This document shows positions 1 through 5,331 of a stretch of 5,331 nt of DNA, in pieces. The stretch spans positions 1 to 5,331 of the forward strand of contig JAKMXF010000204.1 in the NCBI GenBank assembly GCA_024704765.1, given 5' to 3'. The notes under the pieces are model-generated. The model ran no database searches, had not been told where the DNA came from, and was given only the letters and a program-made list of their open reading frames with translations. Position numbers and translations under genes: made by a program. Position 1 is the first letter of the stretch. Every line of letters begins with the position of its first letter. This stretch comes from Oopsacas minuta. Taxonomy: Eukaryota; Animalia; Porifera.

Positions 1-1
1 C

Positions 2-206
2 AATTTTGTTGACCCTACTACAGGTGTACATACACAAACAGTTGAGAGTACATGGGGTGGTGCGAAGAAACGGCTGAGGAATTGCATGACTACTAACCCC
101 ATACTTTTAGATACCCCTTATCTGAAGTTTGTTGGCAGAAAAATATGGAGAAGGTAGTTTCTCCAACCTTATCATGGAAATGAGGAAGCAATATCCAGTT
201 GTCTAA
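2..206 (+). pseudogene. C-terminal fragment of a Merlin/IS1016-group (ISXO2-like, IS1595-related) DDE transposase; 5' part lies outside the window; two 1-nt frameshifts
   Basis: Frame +2 from nt 2 reads NFVDPTTGVHTQTVESTWGGAKKRLRNCMTTNPILLDT, matching the recalled ISXO2/Merlin motif NFVDPxTGxHTQxIExxWxxxKxxL. It continues in frame +1 at 121 (SEVCWQK) and in frame +3 from ~141 (KYGEGSFSNLIMEMRKQYPVV, TAA 204-206), resembling the usual Merlin C-terminus (L.EF.WRxxxG...F..L...I...YP). Family assignment is from motif recall. Confidence 0.85.
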
Positions 207-1603
207 CTGTACCATACTTCTGCCTTGGTGTTTCTTTTATAGCAGTATTTGTTATATTGTTGATTTGTAGCTAAATTAGTAGATAGAAATCTTAAACTAA
301 TTAGTTACTCCAAATATAACTGCTACCCATAGTATTATATCCAACCATAGGGTGTCATCTATTTAATATTCTGTCCACTATCATAAGTAGAAATCTATGA
401 AAACTTTGTTCCAACATTACTAACGCACCTGAGAGAAGCTGGATCAATAACTATGCGATTAAATAGCACATGAATTGTTTCTAACTTTGCTACGAACACA
501 AACGAAGGATCAAAATTGGTTTGCCTTGGCCGGAGTAATACAAATTAAACTACCATTTTAGAAAACAGAATATATGCAAATATATGCGTCATATCGGGAA
601 TTTCATTAACTAGGTCCAATTATCGGGGTGCTACAGTATAAAATATTCAATGCAATGTTGCATTGTACATTTAGTGTTGCAGACAGAATTATGTAATTAC
701 TAGCTTTCCTTTAAAGTAACAAGGATTACCTGCAGTGAAATACACTGAAAAGCAAACAAATAAACATGAAAGAGTAGAGTAACAAGCGTGTATACAGGCA
801 CGTATTTAGAGCAAGAAATTCAGGGGGGCAATTGCAGGGATAAATGTTTTTGAAACGTTAAATTACTTGTGAATAACAAGTATGACCCAGTCTCCTTTTC
901 TTACATGTATAACCTTTTTAATTCATCAAGTACCAGATTACTGAGTTAGGGTGCACTAGACTAGTCTACATTATATAGAATGCCATATAGTAAGAGCATT
1001 TATTTAGATACTAAACTCAATTCAGGGATACTGTTTAACATTACAAAAGAAAGCGGCGGTGCTTCATCTACTTAAAATGTTCGATCACATCATTATAACA
1101 AAATTGTTTCTGCAATATCTATTTCAATAGATAACAGGGCAAGATGGTTGAGACGCACAGTGGTCATTTGTGAGTGCAAACGAGTTTTTATTCTCTTAAC
1201 AGATGATAACATTCGCTCAACCTTGCAAGACGTCTGAGGGATTGTCACAAGAATTTGGTATCAATCAAGCTTTGCAAACGAAACACTAAGAATATCAACA
1301 ATGCTTCAATCACTTTAATAGACAGTCTAACTTCTAACAACAATTACTAGTGGTCTGTGGTAATTAAATTAAAATTATAGTAGAAATTCAGTGCCTATCA
1401 AAATAGAACGAGTTTACTATCAATGAGCGTTACTTCCTGTCTAGTGTTAAAACCATCATCGCAACGCGAGTTATTAATTTCATAGTTTTGACGATGCAGT
1501 TGAAGTACATAGGCACCTTCTGTTCACACCTTTAGAGCTTCAGACACCGTATTTGGCATGTATATTCGTAGTCAGATCTAGTTATCATCAAGTTATCAAT
1601 AAA

Positions 1604-3469
1604 TCATGCGTGGGATAACGTTAAGCGTGGGTAGTATAGGGTATCCGAGTCGTCAGAGCTGCTGGTTGAGCTAGAAGACCGTGTGGAAACAGGAGAAACG
1701 CCACGCTCCCTTGCACTTCTCTTCACTCCAGTACCCCCCTACTTGTTAGACGCTCCGTCTTCAAGCTTAGCACACTTCACACCTCTTTTAGGGGCATTCT
1801 CGGCCCCAAACTGCCCCCCTTTATTGCTTTTCCGTCTTCTGCTTTCAACAGGGCACTCCCTCTTTGTTGCTTGAATAGTCGCGCTCTTCTTCTTTGATAG
1901 TTCCAATTCTTCTGAGCCCATCTAGAATAATCTGATCAGTATTCTCGTTTCAGAATTGCACTATAAGTCTGCCAAGAGGGAGACAGGCCAAAGTCAGTCA
2001 GGATTCCGAATAGTGAAAGTTCCACTTCATTAAAGGTTAGGACAGCGATAAAAGTGCTAATCTTAAATAAATTGAGTTGATAAGTACTTGCTTTAGGGAG
2101 AGAGACTCAATATAGTGTTGTGTAAGGATTCATTAGCATGTTGAGTAAGTCCTAATGCCAGATGGCCACAGAATTCTTCTGTCTCATAAGTATTGAATAA
2201 TTCTTTCACCTTTTCTATATCAATTGGTCTGAAGGTTGTTAGAGCATTAAGTGCTGAAGAACCAAATGGGTTTCTCCACCGACACCATGATTTCTCTCCA
2301 GTAGGACAGCCAGAATGATCAACTAGTATTTGTAGAGCAGAACACAGATTGATTGATGCTGAACCACAGTATTGATAGATTACAGTAGAGTAATTTGCGG
2401 CGATTTAATCATCCTTCCATTCAGGTACTGCGTGTTGTACAAGAATATTATTTCACTTCTTCTTCAGAAGCTTGACTACATGCGTTGTACATTCCTCTTT
2501 TCGAATCTTCACAAGATTGTATGGATTTAGTTCTCTCACCTGCTAAAAACTTTTGAATCTCCATCTCTGACGAAAACTGAGTATACCAGTTGATTCTTCC
2601 CTAAGGAGCTTCCCCAAATCCTCTTCGCTATTTCTGGCTCCATGCTTTGAGAAGATCCATTGTAGTTTCGATTGCAGTTTTGCTTATGACGTCCTAACCA
2701 CTTCTCGTAGTCGGCTGACTGTTCTTTCCGTTTTTCCTCTGTCCAGATAGAGCACTTCTCACAGAGACGGATCGTGATTTCGTAGTCCAATAACTTCTTG
2801 GTGTCGTTTCAGATAACAGCACCGAAACCTATGCTGGAATTGAATCCTCTGGTCTCCCAGGAGATATCGAAGCTGACGGTTACGTTGGTAGCGTCAGGAT
2901 CAAGTGATACTTCACAGCCTGATCTTGGTGCAGCTGTTTAGCGACATCAGACCTGGCTGTCCCTACTGCAACCTTTGTAACAGCTTCCAGATGGTTTAGA
3001 TATGGAGATGACATGCTCTGAAATGGTGGGGGGCACATCAGATATTGTAGATAATTTGTAAAAACTACCCCACGAAATACCAGTAGATTATACAACCATA
3101 GCACTCTACTGGTATGTATAAATCCTGACTCCATTTTTCTTCGTAAATGGAAAGACTCCCAACACATTAATGAAAGGTAGAGAATACCTCTGCTAGGATG
3201 CCAACATAAAGAATACTCATGTCAGTTGGTCTCTGTATTTCTCTTTTCTAATAAACCTGAAAGTAGTAACAATGGTTTGGAACGCATCGTTGGTAGAATG
3301 CGAAATCTAATTATGTAGCCTCTGCGTGCGAGTACCTTTAGGTATTTACGATTCTTTTCTTTAGGCGGTTTCGGGAAAAGCGGCATTGTCAGGTCTTGCA
3401 CATCTGAAAGAGATGGTGTACAAGTTGTATACATATTTCCATAGAAGAACGCTTTCGAGTGCGTCCCAT
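1604..3469 (-). pseudogene. Decayed near full-length DDE transposase of the GDGDS/CxxH type (Pfam Mutator-like transposase domain; MULE/Kolobok-related)
   Basis: Joining minus-strand frames gives, in order: ATG 3469 MGRTRKR/FFYGNMYT; LMCPPPF; VTVSFDISWETRGFNSSIGFGAVI (first D at 2866-2868); LLDYEITIRLCEKC; HKQNCNRNYNGSSQSMEPEIAKRIWGSS; VFVRDGDSKVF (2554-2568); PYNLVKIRKEECTTHV (CxxH, 2477-2494); HSGCPTGEKSWC (2282-2308); GLTQHANESLHNTI (E at 2129-2131); AVLTFNE; NKGGQFG; then a Ser-rich tail to TGA 1604-1606. In-frame stops at 3222-3224, 2809-2811, 2453-2455, 2405-2407, 2093-2095, 1936-1938 and 1739-1741; frameshifts near 3447, 2905, 2540, 2065 and 1825. It accounts for track ORFs 3222..3473, 2880..3167, 2536..2790 and 1739..1921. 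The true end may be TAG 1739-1741. Confidence 0.87.
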
Positions 3470-3720
3470 GCATTTATCAATTCGAAGGCAATCTTGTTCT
3501 TGGGATGTTGTAGGAGACAATCCAATAGAGGTGAATGCTTGGGAACTCCCTGGAGAAGTTGGACTAGCTGCAGTCTGAGATGTAGATTCAGATTGAGGTG
3601 GACCTACCGGCCTTAAACCGAACCGTCACCCGCCCTCCTTGCGCCTCAAGTTTTGCACGTAGTAGGGTCGAGAGTGTGTGTACGGGGGCAAAAATGAGCA
3701 TGGGCTGGGGGCCCGTGCTC
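1604..3720 (-). mobile_element. Fossil cut-and-paste DNA transposon carrying the transposase above; termini not resolved
   Basis: The transposase pseudogene sits in a visibly more GC-rich block (~1608-3720) bordered by AT-rich flanks. No convincing TIR pair or TSD found, so the boundaries are compositional estimates. Confidence 0.55.
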
Positions 3721-3721
3721 A
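3695..3721. other. GC-rich 11-bp hairpin upstream of the transposase start
   Basis: TGAGCATGGGC (3695-3705), loop TGGGG, GCCCGTGCTCA (3711-3721): 10 Watson-Crick pairs plus one T-G pair. It sits at the GC-to-AT compositional boundary. Function unknown. Confidence 0.6.
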
Positions 3722-4526
3722 ATAATTTTTTCTCTGTCTCTACCAAATACAGGTGAGGCATTTCTATAATCAATACAAACCTTCAAGCGAGGTTTCAAAA
3801 ATCATATTATTTCACACCAAGAAGAAGAAGTTTGCAACCAATTCAAATGAAAAACAACGTGTTCTCTTCAATCGTTTATTAGATCGGCTTTCCGTATAGC
3901 TAGAGGAAAAAACTTGCTATTATTCGAAAGTATAGCGTTGGTGGAATACGAAAATGTCATGAGAATTGTAAATATGTGTGATAACTTAGCATTGCGGTTT
4001 TGAAATTTTTCCATTGGTGTCAACTATAATGTGTTATTTGACCGGCTTCTTATTATTATTTTGATATAATTTTCTTCTACATACTATTGTGGGCTGGTGG
4101 ATTATGTGTTTAAAATTTCTTTTACTAATATTTATCACTTTTTGAAATGTTAAATTATACAAATTTACTATTTAATGACTTGTTTTCTTGATAGAATTTA
4201 CAAGATTTAATTTGTATATACAATCCTTTCTCGGTCCATAGTACAAAACAATAATTATCCGTATATAATAATTTCATTTTTATTCCAATCACATATTTGA
4301 TACTCTTATCGTATATTTTCAAACTTCGAATCTCAACTTTATATTTTCAATTCCAACATACTTTCTTTTCACTTTCACAATATAACCGTGATATCGATTG
4401 GTCTTCACTTCTGTTCCCCCTTCAATTCAAAATTATTGGTTATCCTTCGAGTCTAACAAACATGTTCAAATCAAGGTGCGTAATATCCCTAATTTGTATA
4501 AATCATTTTACGAAACATTCGGTTGA

Positions 4527-4733
4527 GCCACCATACACGATGCAACAAGGCAACATACAAAGTGCAACAAAGTTCATTGATAATATCATGTTCATGCAAC
4601 ACTGTTGCGGTTTAATTTGTTCTTATAACCATGCAACAAGTTTCTTACAACATTGCTGCATATAATTTTGTTGCATGGAACTTTCAGCACACACTTTGCA
4701 ACTATACAACTTTGTACCGTCGTGCACGGTGGA
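4527..4733. mobile_element. MITE / non-autonomous DNA transposon (~207 bp), possibly PIF/Harbinger-derived
   Basis: Imperfect TIRs: 4528-4542 CCACCATACACGATG versus the reverse complement of 4718-4732, CCACCGTGCACGACG (12/15, all three differences are transitions; 17/23 when extended). The interior has repeated GCAACA/TGTTGC motifs and no coding capacity. No clean TSD (TGA/TAT or TTG/ATG), so the superfamily is uncertain. Confidence 0.65.
4540..4678. repeat. Cluster of (AT)GCAACA(AG) direct and inverted repeats inside the MITE
   Basis: ATGCAACAAG exact at 4540-4549 and 4631-4640; TGCAACAA at 4563-4570; palindrome GCAACA-C-TGTTGC at 4596-4608; 11-bp inverted repeat CCATGCAACAA (4629-4639) / TTGTTGCATGG (4668-4678). 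Confidence 0.8.
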
Positions 4734-5331
4734 TATGTGTCACCAAACTCCTATTTTAGACTTTTCTTCGCCAGTGGAGTTATAACAGTTTATCTCCGCT
4801 CTAAAATCCATTGGTGTTACCAAAGAACTTCTCTCAAGCACTCTTGGTACTTCTTCTGGTAGGAATCCAAATTCGATGTGGGGTAAGATAAGTAAACTAG
4901 TCTACGGTAACAATAGTAGGGCGAGTAGGGACAAATGTATTATAAATGGTTGAAGAATGTGAGAAATATCCAATTCGTTACTTTAAATTCATTAGTATCG
5001 ACTTTAGTACCTTCTGATTTATCTACTAAACTCCTTTTAGAAGAGGAAAAATCTTAGTCATTTATCCAGGAATCTCCCTTAACGATTTTTCCCACCATTC
5101 ACCTCTCGTAAAAACAAATCTACCATTAGTGTCACTTTATCAGACATTTCGCTCGATACTAAATTATTTCAGTCCACTAAGAAAGCTCAAGAACAGTGGT
5201 ACTTAACCGATGGGGAATTCCCCACTAGTGCGGAATGGTGCTTCTGAGAAATATTATGTAAAAGTTATTAAATGTGGGGGACATATTCACTGAAATTCTA
5301 AATAATATGTCAAGTTCTGCGAATTTAATGA

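Larger units (their letters stand above)
4462..5331 (+). pseudogene. Decayed, unidentified reading frame interrupted by the MITE; runs off the window end; possibly transposon-associated
   Basis: Frame +1 MFKSRCVISLICINHFTKHSV (from ATG 4462) resumes in the same frame after the MITE: MCHQTPILDFSSPVEL*QFISALKSIGVTKELLSSTLGTSSGRNPNSMWGKISKLVYGNNSRASRDKC. A 1-nt shift at ~4938 gives YYKWLKNVRNIQFVTLNSLVSTLVPSDLSTKLLLEEEKS*, and a shift at ~5090 gives PFTSRKNKSTISVTLSDISLDTKLFQSTKKAQEQWYLTDGEFPTSAEWCF*EILCK. Three stop-free runs of about 40-55 codons tile the region in AT-rich DNA. No family recognised. Confidence 0.4.

Noticed and set aside
386-548. Protein-like frame VEIYENFVPTLLTHLREAGSITMRLNST*IVSNF...
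   Set aside because: Short, contains a stop, and has no recognisable motif; compatible with chance.
206-720. Search for the Merlin 3' TIR (e.g. around 612-636, with TATCGGG at 592 and 621 and an AATATATGC tandem at 569-587)
   Set aside because: The 5' end of the element is outside the window, so no TIR or 8-9 bp TSD can be verified.
648-968. Small palindromes: CAATGCAA-TG-TTGCATTG (648-665) and TAGACTAGTCTA (957-968)
   Set aside because: Isolated and short; expected occasionally by chance, with no associated element structure.
1683-1874. + strand 63-aa ORF from the track
   Set aside because: Antisense shadow of the transposase C-terminus; no motif and only an alternative start codon.
3386-3616. 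+ strand 76-aa ORF from the track
   Set aside because: Antisense to the transposase N-terminus and upstream frame; no recognisable protein features.
3695-3740. Hairpin plus T-run as a rho-independent terminator or Helitron 3' end
   Set aside because: The context looks eukaryotic with no operon-like genes, and there is no CTRR end within ~15 nt on either strand.
1545-3755. Inverted match CACCGTATTTGG (1545-1556) versus CCAAATACAGGTG (3743-3755) as possible TIRs
   Set aside because: Needs a gap, does not extend in either direction, and has no flanking TSD.
3588-3773. - strand 61-aa ORF from the track
   Set aside because: Not in frame with the transposase, spans the hairpin, and has no motif; probably chance in GC-rich DNA.
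4150-4500. Minus-strand frame IQIRDITHLDLNMF...KSCKFYQENKSLNSKFV
   Set aside because: Three stops, K/I/Y-rich composition typical of translated AT-rich non-coding DNA, and no motif.
4297-4665. + strand 122-aa ORF as an intact gene
   Set aside because: Its last third is MITE repeat sequence and its first half is low-complexity T-rich DNA; only 4462-4526 may be real coding remnant.
4540-4710. GCAACA repeats as a CRISPR-like array
   Set aside because: Repeats are short, irregularly spaced and in both orientations, with no cas genes; the MITE explains them.
4653-4862. + strand 69-aa ORF from the track
   Set aside because: Starts inside the MITE and overlaps a better-supported alternative frame.
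4740-5050. Minus-strand two-exon model (SLVDKSEGTKVDTNEFK, GT-AG intron 4981-4902, TSLLILPHIEFGFLPEEVPRVLERSS...)
   Set aside because: Splice phases fit for one intron, but the frames are codon-aligned antisense to the + strand decayed ORF, and upstream exons could not be joined in a consistent phase. Kept only as an alternative; RNA-seq would decide.

Overview
AT-rich, most likely eukaryotic (probably animal) DNA made up largely of decayed DNA transposons. I find no intact gene, RNA gene or CRISPR array. Left to right: (1) the 3' end of a Merlin/IS1016 (ISXO2-like DDE) transposase on +, cut by the window start and broken by two 1-nt frameshifts; (2) about 1.4 kb of AT-rich spacer with a stop-poor unidentified reading frame at 980-1318; (3) an essentially full-length but heavily disabled DDE transposase on - (about 3469 to 1604, roughly 620 codons) of the GDGDS/CxxH/TQNxNES type (Pfam Mutator-like transposase domain; Kolobok-like is my inference), which the ORF track shows only as four separate minus-strand fragments; (4) a GC-rich hairpin upstream of that gene; (5) a ~207-bp MITE with imperfect TIRs and GCAACA repeats, apparently inserted into (6) another decayed, unidentified + strand reading frame that runs off the window end. 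The + strand ORFs in the track are mostly antisense shadows or read-through of the MITE. I see no clear evidence of a new biological system. The best leads are the head-to-head transposase/unknown-ORF arrangement and the MITE family. All translations were done by hand and no database search was run.
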